A DNA stretch of 64,000 nt, taken from positions 1,204 through 65,203 of the forward strand of contig JBDRON010000019.1 in NCBI GenBank assembly GCA_043810025.1, read 5' to 3'. The notes below the pieces were generated by a model. The model saw only the letters and a list, made by a program, of their open reading frames with translations, ran no database searches and had not been told where the DNA came from. Source of the DNA: Elusimicrobiota bacterium. GTDB lineage: Bacteria > Elusimicrobiota > JBDRON01. This document shows, piece by piece, positions 55,752 through 64,000 of the stretch (position 1 is the stretch's first letter; each line of letters opens with the position of its first letter). The translations under genes were made by a program, and so were the position numbers.

Positions 55752-56930
55752 ATGGGACAAAATAAAAATGTTGTTTTGGGAATAACCGGAAGTATTGCCG
55801 TCTACAAGGCGGGAGATTTATGCCGCCGCTTGGTAGAAAAGCAATTCGCCGTTAATTGTATTTTAACGGCCTGCGCCCAAAAATTTGTTACCGCGCTGAC
55901 TTTTCAAACCTTATCCCAAAATCAGGTGTATACGGATCTTTTCGCTGCGGCCCGCTGGGAGATCGAGCATATTTCTTTAGCGGAAAAAGCCGGGTTGATT
56001 TTAATTGCCCCGGCCACAGCGGAAATTATCAGCCGCCTGGCGGCCGGCAGGGCTAACGATTTGTTGACGGCGACAGTGCTTTCTTCCTCCTGCCCGGTTT
56101 TAATTGCCCCGGCAATGAACGAAAAAATGTTTCTTCATCCGCTCACCCAAAAAAATATCCAGTTGTTAAAGAACATCGGTTATCGGTTTGTTGAACCGGA
56201 ATCAGGCGGTTTGGCTTGCGGCAGGCAAGGGGTGGGACGGCTGGCCTCGATAGAAAATATTTTATCGGCGGTGGACAAAATTTTATCCGTCTCCAAAGAT
56301 TTGCTTGGGAAAAAAATATTGATCACGGCCGGACCGACCCGGGAGTATCTGGATCCGGTTAGGTTTATTTCCAATGGTTCTTCCGGGGAAATGGGCTATA
56401 CCCTCGCCGAGGAAGCGGCGCTCCGCGGCGCGGAGGTGGTTTTAGTCAGCGGTCCGACTAATCGTTTTTGCGCCGTTACGACAGTAAAAGTAATCAAGGT
56501 GGATTCAGCAAGAGAAATGAAAGCAATAGTGGAGAAACATTTTTCTTCCGCCGATATTGTGATCGCCTGCGCGGCGGTAGCGGATTATCGGCCAGGAAAA
56601 ATCAGTCCTTCCAAAATAAAAAAACGAAATGATAAAATGTTTTTAGAACTGGTGAAAAACCCGGACATTCTCGCCGGGCTGGGCGCCAAAAAAGGCAAGA
56701 AGAAATTGGTTGGTTTTGCCCTGGAAACGGAAAACTTAGAGAGGAACGCGCGAAAAAAACTGCGGGAAAAAAATCTGGATTTAATTATCGCCAACAAACC
56801 GGAAGCGATCGGAGCAAAGGCGGTAAAACAGGTAATAATTCTTTCGAAAACCAATAAAACGATTCTACCTTCAGTAACCAAGCAGGAATTAGCGAAAAAA
56901 ATCCTCAATCTCATTGGTTCTCTGGGTTAG
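55752..56930 (+). CDS. coaBC: Bifunctional phosphopantothenoylcysteine decarboxylase/ligase
   Basis: GITGSIAVYK, APAMN, TAGPTRE.LDPVRFISN.SSG.MG, VGFALET. Confidence 0.96.
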   Translation: MGQNKNVVLGITGSIAVYKAGDLCRRLVEKQFAVNCILTACAQKFVTALTFQTLSQNQVYTDLFAAARWEIEHISLAEKAGLILIAPATAEIISRLAAGRANDLLTATVLSSSCPVLIAPAMNEKMFLHPLTQKNIQLLKNIGYRFVEPESGGLACGRQGVGRLASIENILSAVDKILSVSKDLLGKKILITAGPTREYLDPVRFISNGSSGEMGYTLAEEAALRGAEVVLVSGPTNRFCAVTTVKVIKVDSAREMKAIVEKHFSSADIVIACAAVADYRPGKISPSKIKKRNDKMFLELVKNPDILAGLGAKKGKKKLVGFALETENLERNARKKLREKNLDLIIANKPEAIGAKAVKQVIILSKTNKTILPSVTKQELAKKILNLIGSLG

Positions 56931-56993
56931 TTAAAACTGTGTAGAAACGCTAATAATTTGGACAGAGATGATTTTTGGAGAAACTGAATTTAA

Positions 56994-58820
56994 ATGATTA
57001 GAAAAAATATTTTTTTTTCAGTATTAGTCGCAGTCTGTTTGTTTTTATGTTGTGGTCGTCTTGTTTTTTCGCAGATTAATAGTAAAATAAATAAACAAAT
57101 GAGATCACACGCTGCGTCTCCAGGTGACCTTAGTTTGTTCAATGAATACATCGAAGTGGTATTGTCTGATACGGGAGAATTTAGTATCGGCACCAAATCC
57201 GGCGACCCGGAACGCGCTTCCGATGATAATAAGGTTCTTCTTTTTGGTCATCCCAGTCCCGAAACCAGCGATACTATGGTTAGAATCGACGGGAGCGATT
57301 ATGGTTTTGGTTCTTCCGGTACAAATATTACAGCGTCGCAGTTATCAAACGGTGTTTTGATTTGTGCCTGGCGGGTTGCCAATAATGTCGATGTAACCCA
57401 GTCGTTAAGTATTGTAAAGAGCAAAGGTACGCTTTACAAGGACACGATCGAAATAAAATATAATGTAAAAAATAACGATACTGTGAATCATAATGTTGCT
57501 CTCAGAATTCAACTTGATACGATGCTTGGCGATAATGATGGGGCGCCGTTTCGGGTTGTATCAGTGGGTAAAGTTACCACCGATACAGAATTTACCAATG
57601 TGATACCTCAATTTATTCATGTGTTTGATGATCTTGCTAACCCCAGTGTATTTGCCATGCTTACACTGGCCGATATTTCTTATCGAACGCCGGATAAGGT
57701 GGTCTTGGGTTACTGGCCGGAATCAGTTGGCAGTTGGGATTATCCAATTGTTGCGGGGAGGTCATTCCTTGACAATGACAACGATGGCACAATATCCGGT
57801 CGTTCACCGGATAGCGATAGTTCAATAATTACCTGGTGGGGATACCCGGATAGTAAAATAATAGTTCTTTCACCAGGTCAAAGTGTAGATTTAGTTGAGC
57901 TATATGGTTTGGGCGGAATGACTTTCATCCCCTGGTATCCATTTAATATTGGGATCGCTTCACCTTCAGAGTTAGAACTATTGTCTTCGGGAAGCGGGTA
58001 TAAATATTCTCCTGATCCTTTTATTGTTACTGTTTATCTGGAGAATAGTTCCGCTTCTCCTGTAACAAATGCTACAGTTACTCTTAACTTGCCGCCGGAA
58101 ATGTTTCTTGCCCCGGGTGAAACATTAACAAAAAATGTTCCCAATGTTAATGTTGGCGATGGCGCTCAACTTTCTTGGAATGTGAAAACTTATGGAAAAT
58201 ATAATTTCAAAAGATGGTTCTCAGCTACGGTAAATGCTAATGGCAGTTCCAAAACAGGTTCAAGGGCTATTTATGTGCCGGGACGGGCCGGATCAGTTTT
58301 TGGTCAGTTAACGAACGCCGCTAATATCCCGATAGCTAACGCTACTGTGGAATTATGGACAAATTCTTTAGTTAGAACATTAACCACAGGCGCTGATGGC
58401 ACGTATCTATTTGCTAATCTTGCCTCTGGGAATTATCAAATCCGGGCTGTTGCCAGCGGGTATCCTTCGGTTACAATACCGGCGACAGCAAATTCCGATA
58501 ATTATTCATCGTTTAGCGCTAACCCGATACTTTCCGCAGTTTTGCAGACCAAATTGGAGACTTACCCTTATCCCAATCCTGTTCGGGAGGGCGATGTTCA
58601 TATTAGATTTTATCTCGAAGAAGTTAAAGATGTAAAAATTAAATTTTTTAGCCCTGATGGAGAATTAATTGAAACCAAAAGCGTATCAGGGAACAAAACC
58701 GGATGGAATGAAACAAATTGGAATGTTGAAGGGCTGGCGAACGGACTTTATTTATATTTGCTTGAGTCGGACAGTGAGACGGCCAGAAATAAAATTGCGG
58801 TGATTAAATGGCAAAGATAG
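56994..58820 (+). CDS. Secreted multi-domain protein with carboxypeptidase-regulatory-like domain and T9SS-like C-terminal domain
   Basis: Signal peptide; DTMLGDNDGAPF; GTYLFANL.SGNY; YPYPNPV...ANGLYLY..KIAVIK. Confidence 0.75.
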   Translation: MIRKNIFFSVLVAVCLFLCCGRLVFSQINSKINKQMRSHAASPGDLSLFNEYIEVVLSDTGEFSIGTKSGDPERASDDNKVLLFGHPSPETSDTMVRIDGSDYGFGSSGTNITASQLSNGVLICAWRVANNVDVTQSLSIVKSKGTLYKDTIEIKYNVKNNDTVNHNVALRIQLDTMLGDNDGAPFRVVSVGKVTTDTEFTNVIPQFIHVFDDLANPSVFAMLTLADISYRTPDKVVLGYWPESVGSWDYPIVAGRSFLDNDNDGTISGRSPDSDSSIITWWGYPDSKIIVLSPGQSVDLVELYGLGGMTFIPWYPFNIGIASPSELELLSSGSGYKYSPDPFIVTVYLENSSASPVTNATVTLNLPPEMFLAPGETLTKNVPNVNVGDGAQLSWNVKTYGKYNFKRWFSATVNANGSSKTGSRAIYVPGRAGSVFGQLTNAANIPIANATVELWTNSLVRTLTTGADGTYLFANLASGNYQIRAVASGYPSVTIPATANSDNYSSFSANPILSAVLQTKLETYPYPNPVREGDVHIRFYLEEVKDVKIKFFSPDGELIETKSVSGNKTGWNETNWNVEGLANGLYLYLLESDSETARNKIAVIKWQR

Positions 58821-59899
58821 CGCTGATTATACTTCCGTTATTCGGGATTGTTCTTAATGTTTATTCGGCGGATGGGATTAAAACTGATGCTAATTATCAG
58901 CTTTTTTCCGGTGGAGCGAAGGTGCTCGGAATGGGTTTAGCCGGTACGTCATTGGCCAATGATGTTTCAGGATTATTTTTTAATCCGGCTGGAATATCCC
59001 TGACGAACCAACATAATCTGGGAACCTCATCTGCCGAATTGGGGGTAGATAGAAAATTTTATAATTTAAATTATATTTTGCCGGTGGGTTGGGAAAAAAA
59101 CAAGGCTGAAGAGAAAGAAGATTTTTTTCCATCTAAACGTAAAAAACGAAAAAATTTGTTTGTCCCTCTGGACAAATTTTACAGCGCCGGTTTTGGCTTG
59201 GGTTTTATAAATTTCAATGTTTCCAATATCGAAGCCCGTGATGATTGGGGAAACAGAACCGGGGATTTTAAAGATAACGAAAATACATATTTGTTAAGTT
59301 ATGGCCAAAGTGTATACAAAGATTTGGATCTTGGACTAGCGGTAAAATATCATTCACAGAAGCTGGAAACGGCCAGCGCCAGCGGGGTAAGTTTTGATCT
59401 GGGCGCAATTTTTAGGCCGTTAGATTGGAAAACAAGTTTTGGTCTGGCGTTCCAAAACATCGGTGGCCGTCTTGCCTGGAAAGTAGAAGATCCGATATTA
59501 AAAGAAACTTCAAAATATAATGAACCGCTGGCTTTAAAAATAAATTTTGGCGGCGCCTACCAAGCGAAAAGGTTTACTATAGCCGCTGACATTTCCTATA
59601 TTGAAAAAAGGGATTTACGTTATTATCTGGGTGCGGAATATTTACTGGAAAAAACGGTTGCTTTAAGAGCGGGGTTGGCTAATTTCAAGCCTGCGTTTGG
59701 CTTAGGATTTAATTTTCATAATATGAATTTGGATTATGCCTTTGTTTATGATCTTTCAAAATTAGCTAATCAGCATTATTCTTCTTTGGGGATGAAATTT
59801 GGGCAAAGGTTCATTAAAAAATCGAAAAATACTAAAAATAAGAAGTCCACAAAAAAATCGAAAAAAAAGAAACGCACTGCGAACGAGTATGATTTATGA
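58808..59899 (+). CDS. PorV/PorQ (UPF0164)-like outer-membrane barrel
   Basis: GAKVLGMG, FFNPAG, FDLG, FQNIG, LRAG, DYAF; Lys-rich tail. Confidence 0.78.
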   Translation: MAKIALIILPLFGIVLNVYSADGIKTDANYQLFSGGAKVLGMGLAGTSLANDVSGLFFNPAGISLTNQHNLGTSSAELGVDRKFYNLNYILPVGWEKNKAEEKEDFFPSKRKKRKNLFVPLDKFYSAGFGLGFINFNVSNIEARDDWGNRTGDFKDNENTYLLSYGQSVYKDLDLGLAVKYHSQKLETASASGVSFDLGAIFRPLDWKTSFGLAFQNIGGRLAWKVEDPILKETSKYNEPLALKINFGGAYQAKRFTIAADISYIEKRDLRYYLGAEYLLEKTVALRAGLANFKPAFGLGFNFHNMNLDYAFVYDLSKLANQHYSSLGMKFGQRFIKKSKNTKNKKSTKKSKKKKRTANEYDL

Positions 59900-60591
59900 T
59901 GAGTAGACAGGAGTTTAGCGAACTAATAAATTTAACTAAACTTTATTTGAATCAGGAAGCGGAAGCTGGTTTAAAAGAAGTTTTAATCGAGGGTAATTTG
60001 AAAAAAAAAGTTGATTCCTCTTTGGAAGGTTTGCGCGCGGAGATGGAAGGCTGCCAAATTTGTCCGCTGGGGAAAGCCCGGCTAAAAGTGGTTTTTGGTG
60101 TTGGTGACCCTCAGGCCCAATTGATGTTCGTCGGAGAAGGACCGGGCTACGATGAAGATCACCGGGGTGAACCTTTTATCGGCAGAGCCGGTCAATTATT
60201 AACCAAAATTATTGAGGCGATAGGGTTTAAACGCAGTGATGTTTATATCGCCAACATCGTTAAATGTCATCCGATGATCGATCCCACCCAGCCGGAATCG
60301 CGGGGCAATGATCGCAAACCAAGTCTGGATGAAATCAACAGCTGTCGGCCTTTTTTGGAGAGACAAATTAAAATCATTAAACCCAAAATTATCGTGGCCT
60401 TAGGCAATGTGGCCGCTCAAACCCTGCTTGGTTTGACAGAAGGGATCGGCGCTTTGCGCGGGCGTTTTTACGATTACCAGGGAATTAAATTGATGCCCAC
60501 TTATCATCCGGCGGCGTTACTGCGTAACCCCAATTTTAAGAAAGATGTCTGGGAAGACATGAAAATGGTCAGGGATGAACTGGCAAAATAG
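59896..60591 (+). CDS. Uracil-DNA glycosylase family 4
   Basis: CQICPL, VGEGPG, PFIGRAGQLL, NIVKC, TYHPAALLR. Confidence 0.93.
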   Translation: MMSRQEFSELINLTKLYLNQEAEAGLKEVLIEGNLKKKVDSSLEGLRAEMEGCQICPLGKARLKVVFGVGDPQAQLMFVGEGPGYDEDHRGEPFIGRAGQLLTKIIEAIGFKRSDVYIANIVKCHPMIDPTQPESRGNDRKPSLDEINSCRPFLERQIKIIKPKIIVALGNVAAQTLLGLTEGIGALRGRFYDYQGIKLMPTYHPAALLRNPNFKKDVWEDMKMVRDELAK

Positions 60592-60758
60592 AAAATTGAA
60601 TGTTTGGTTTGTGTGTGTTCCCCCCTTTAAAAAGGGGGATTAAGGGGGATTTTAAAAATTATAAATATTGTCTAAATCTCCCCTACCCCTCTTTTTAAAG
60701 AGGGAAAAAAACGTTACAGATATGTAAGTTGTAGGGAACGCATATATGCGTTCCCTAC
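60588..60758 (+). repeat. Family B repeat ending in a GTAG REP (60731-60758)
   Basis: GTAGGGAACGCATATATGCGTTCCCTAC stands where other copies have the tail hairpin. Confidence 0.88.
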
Positions 60759-60779
60759 TGATAAGGAGTAATAAGATAA

Positions 60780-62174
60780 ATGATCACCTTTAAGGAACCT
60801 TTATCAAAATTGATTAATCATCCGCAGAAGTTTACCAGGGGATTAAAATTTCCTAAACCGGAACAAATAAAAATTTACGATGATACTTTGCGGGACGGCG
60901 AACAGATGCCCGGGGTAGCGTTTACTCCGGAACAAAAATTATTACTGGCTAAATTTTTGAGCAGTTTAGGTGTCGATGTAATGGATGTCGCTTTCCCGAT
61001 CAATGGTTTGTCTGATCAGAAAGCCTTACAGTTAATTGTTCAGGCGCAAAAACGGGGTGAAATCCGGCCGGAGATTGAAATTCTTGCTTTATGCCGGAGC
61101 AATTCCAAGGATATCGATATCGTTGTGGACACCTTGGCCGAAATCGGGGCAAAGCCCAACGATGTCAGTGTTTTGATTCTCTCCACTTTTTCCGACCTGC
61201 ATATCAAGTATAAATTAGGGAAAACTTTGCTGAAAAGGGAAGGCCGTGATCTCAGCCAGTGGATCGAAACACCTTTAGCGGTTTATCAAAAAGCCAATAC
61301 GGAGTTGATTACTGAGGCGATCAAATACGCGAAGAGCCGGGGAATTGACCGGATCGAGTTTGCTTCCGAGGATTCTTCCCGGGGGAATTTAGATTATGGC
61401 CTCCGTTGGGCGAAGGCCTGCGTAAAGGCGGGCGGTACGCGGATGTGTTTTTCCGATACCTGCGGGGTTTTTACGCCGGAGTCGGTAGATTATTATATTC
61501 CACCGATGATTGAAGCTCTTGACGGAGTACCGATGACCGCCCATTTCCATAACGATTTTGGTTTAGGCGCGATCAATACTGTGCGGGCCTTAAGTTGGGG
61601 AGCAACTTATGCCGGAGTCACCGCTAACGGGATCGGGGAACGAGCCGGCAACACCTCTATCCATCAGATGGTGATGGTGCTTAAGGAGTTATACGGCATA
61701 ACATTGCCGAATTTTAAATATGACAAGCTGGTGGAGCTGCGCAAGCTTATCGAAAGATATTCCGGGATACCAATCCAAGTCCATGAACCGATTATCGGCG
61801 AGGGTGTATTTGCCCACGAATCGGGGATACATACGGCGGCGATTGTGATTCACCCGGCGATCTATCAGTTTATTGCCGAGGAAGTTGTCGGCGGGAAACG
61901 GCAATTTATTTTCGGTAAACACAGCGGCAGCGCGGCGGTGGAAGCTGTTTTACAGGGGAATGAGAAATTGTTAAAAAGTAAAGGCATAAAAATTATCCCG
62001 GAGCTGGCGCAGAAGCTGTTAGAAAAAGTTAAAACTATTCGGGAAGCAAAAAATAACGATTTTCAGGAACAAATTGATCTATACTACAAGAATTATAAAA
62101 ATTTAGGTATTCCCGAAGAAGAATTAATCAAAATGGCGCTGGAAGAATATGAAATCCAACCAAACCTATCATAA
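60780..62174 (+). CDS. DRE-TIM metallolyase (homocitrate/isopropylmalate/citramalate synthase family)
   Basis: DDTLRDGEQ, HFHNDFG, GIGERAGN, HESGIH; no LeuA regulatory domain. Confidence 0.85.
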   Translation: MITFKEPLSKLINHPQKFTRGLKFPKPEQIKIYDDTLRDGEQMPGVAFTPEQKLLLAKFLSSLGVDVMDVAFPINGLSDQKALQLIVQAQKRGEIRPEIEILALCRSNSKDIDIVVDTLAEIGAKPNDVSVLILSTFSDLHIKYKLGKTLLKREGRDLSQWIETPLAVYQKANTELITEAIKYAKSRGIDRIEFASEDSSRGNLDYGLRWAKACVKAGGTRMCFSDTCGVFTPESVDYYIPPMIEALDGVPMTAHFHNDFGLGAINTVRALSWGATYAGVTANGIGERAGNTSIHQMVMVLKELYGITLPNFKYDKLVELRKLIERYSGIPIQVHEPIIGEGVFAHESGIHTAAIVIHPAIYQFIAEEVVGGKRQFIFGKHSGSAAVEAVLQGNEKLLKSKGIKIIPELAQKLLEKVKTIREAKNNDFQEQIDLYYKNYKNLGIPEEELIKMALEEYEIQPNLS

Positions 62175-63552
62175 AGTCACGCCCAAAATTATTGATCAAC
62201 TGGTAAAAATCGTTGGTGGGGAGAATCTTTTTGTTGGCCAGGATTGGCAGGGCTATGATCATGATGAAACCCCGGAAATAATCTGCCCGCCGGAAGTAGT
62301 AATCAAACCCAAAAACGCGGAAGAAATCAGCCGGATTTTAAAATTGGCCAATCAGGAAAAAATTCCGGTTACCCCCCGGGGGGCAGGAACCGGCCTTAGC
62401 GGCGGGGCGCTGTCCGTTTTGGGAGGGATCTTAATTTCCTTTGAGCGGATGAATAATATTTTGGAAATAGATGTAGATAACCTGATGGCCACGGTTCAAC
62501 CGGGGGTAATTGTCGGAAATTTGCGCCGGGAAGCGGAAACATATGGTTTGTTGTATCCGGTGGATCCGGCTAGTCTGGACAGCTGCAGCATCGGAGGCAA
62601 TGTTGCCGAGTGCGCCGGCGGGGCCAGCGCGGTAAAATATGGGGTAACTAAAAACTATGTTTGCGGTATGGAGGTGGCGCTGCCGACCGGGGAAATTTTG
62701 TCGTTGGGCGGTAAACTGGTAAAAAATGTTACCGGTTACGATTTAATCGGTTTAATTGTTGGTTCCGAGGGAACTTTAGCGCTGGTAACAAAAATTATTT
62801 TAAAGCTGATTCCTTTGCCTAAGGTTAAATTGGATTTGCTTGTTCCTTTTGACAGTTTGGAGGAAGCGGCAAAAACTGTTTCCGCTATCATTCGGCACAA
62901 GACTATACCCACATCCATTGAGTTTATGGATAAGGAAATTATTCAGATTTGCGAAAAATTCTTGCAGCGCAAACTCCCCTTTAGCGATGCCGAGGCTCAT
63001 TTGTTAATCGAAATTGACGGTCAACGAAAAGAAGATGTGGATTGGCTGGCCGAGGAAATCGGCAAAATTTGCATGGAACATCAGGCTAAGGATATACTCG
63101 TCGCCTCAAATAAGCCGGAACAAGACAAGCTTTGGGAAGCCCGCCGTTCAATTCGAGAAGCAATAAAGTCCGCCGGGATAACTATTGATGAGGACATTGT
63201 AGTTCCCCGCAGTCAAGTTCCCGTCTTTGTCCAGAAATCGCGGCAGCTTTGCCAAAAATATTCCTTAAAAGTGATTAACTGCGGTCATGCCGGTGACGGC
63301 AACATTCATGTCAATATCATGAAGAAAGACTCGCCGGAACAACCCTGGGAGGTAATCAAGCCGAAAGTCATCAAAGAACTTTTTCAACTGGCCTTAAGCC
63401 TGGGCGGAATGATTTCCGGAGAACACGGCATCGGGATAACTAAAAAAGATTATTTAGAGCTGGCCCTGGGTAAAGAGCAGATCGAACTTTTAAAAAGAAT
63501 AAAACTGGCCTTTGACCCGAATCACATTCTCAACCCGGGAAAAATATTCTAG
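62149..63552 (+). CDS. FAD-linked oxidase, GlcD/D-2-hydroxyacid dehydrogenase family
   Basis: RGAGTGLSGG, GSEGTL, GHAGDGNIH, SGEHGIG, DPNHILNPGK. Confidence 0.92.
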   Translation: MKSNQTYHKVTPKIIDQLVKIVGGENLFVGQDWQGYDHDETPEIICPPEVVIKPKNAEEISRILKLANQEKIPVTPRGAGTGLSGGALSVLGGILISFERMNNILEIDVDNLMATVQPGVIVGNLRREAETYGLLYPVDPASLDSCSIGGNVAECAGGASAVKYGVTKNYVCGMEVALPTGEILSLGGKLVKNVTGYDLIGLIVGSEGTLALVTKIILKLIPLPKVKLDLLVPFDSLEEAAKTVSAIIRHKTIPTSIEFMDKEIIQICEKFLQRKLPFSDAEAHLLIEIDGQRKEDVDWLAEEIGKICMEHQAKDILVASNKPEQDKLWEARRSIREAIKSAGITIDEDIVVPRSQVPVFVQKSRQLCQKYSLKVINCGHAGDGNIHVNIMKKDSPEQPWEVIKPKVIKELFQLALSLGGMISGEHGIGITKKDYLELALGKEQIELLKRIKLAFDPNHILNPGKIF

Positions 63553-63559
63553 TTTGGTG

Positions 63560-63673
63560 GATAGGAAATTGAAAGTTGTTGAAGTTTCCCCTCTTTATCA
63601 AAGAGGGGAATTAAAAAAGTCCGTACCGAAGGCGCGCTAACTTATGTAGGGAACGGTCGCGACCGTTCCTTAC
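63560..63673 (+). repeat. Partial family B repeat followed by a GTAG REP (63646-63673)
   Basis: GATAGGAAATTGAA leader, CCCCTCTTT..AAAGAGGGG hairpin, GTAGGGAACGGTCGCGACCGTTCCTTAC. Confidence 0.8.
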
Positions 63674-63808
63674 AATTAAAATATAAATTGTTTAATTTGG
63701 TTTCTAAAAAAATAGTTTTGGTATAATTGCCCACACTTGGCGCAGGCAAAAAATAGCTTTTAATATAGCTGGAAATGTGTTATAACTTTAACATACGGAG
63801 GTTAAATC

Positions 63809-64000
63809 ATGAGAATATCCGATGTTCCTAAAATCTCTCATTTAAGTGTAGCTGAGAAAATTTTGTTTGTGGAGGAGCTATGGGATTCTATCGCAAATCA
63901 CAAGCAAATACCTGTCCCTGAATCTCATAAAGCTGAACTGGATAGACGGTTGTTTAAATATCAAAACCGTTTAGGTCGCCTGCTCTCTTTAAAAGAATTA
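63809..64000 (+). CDS. Addiction module antitoxin-like protein (truncated by window end; not in ORF track)
   Basis: RBS GGAGG; MRISDVPKISHLSVAEKILFVEELWDSI...HKAELDRR. Confidence 0.85.
   Translation, partial: MRISDVPKISHLSVAEKILFVEELWDSIANHKQIPVPESHKAELDRRLFKYQNRLGRLLSLKEL

Overview
64 kb of a diderm, probably anaerobic bacterial chromosome (LptF/G, four-subunit POR, PPDK, PorV/PorQ-like barrels; the gene mix suggests Elusimicrobiota or a related candidate lineage, which is an inference). Almost all genes lie on the + strand. 1-12.5 kb is accessory: a polymorphic toxin/immunity pair, a YhcG nuclease, a PilZ-fused alpha-oxoamine synthase next to a double-7TM histidine kinase, an MNT-HEPN pair and a second kinase. 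13-64 kb is mostly housekeeping, with a small decaying island after tRNA-Asn and toxin-antitoxin cassettes. Most notable: (1) a candidate c-di-GMP-gated autoinducer synthase/receptor module; (2) tRNA-Asn(GTT) split inside the anticodon by a 266-nt group I intron, with a GIY-YIG gene upstream that is bracketed by a duplicated tRNA 5' end; (3) twelve intergenic inverted repeats with five unrelated arm families that share one ~20-bp TCGA-centred core. All calls come from reading motifs by eye; no database searches were run.
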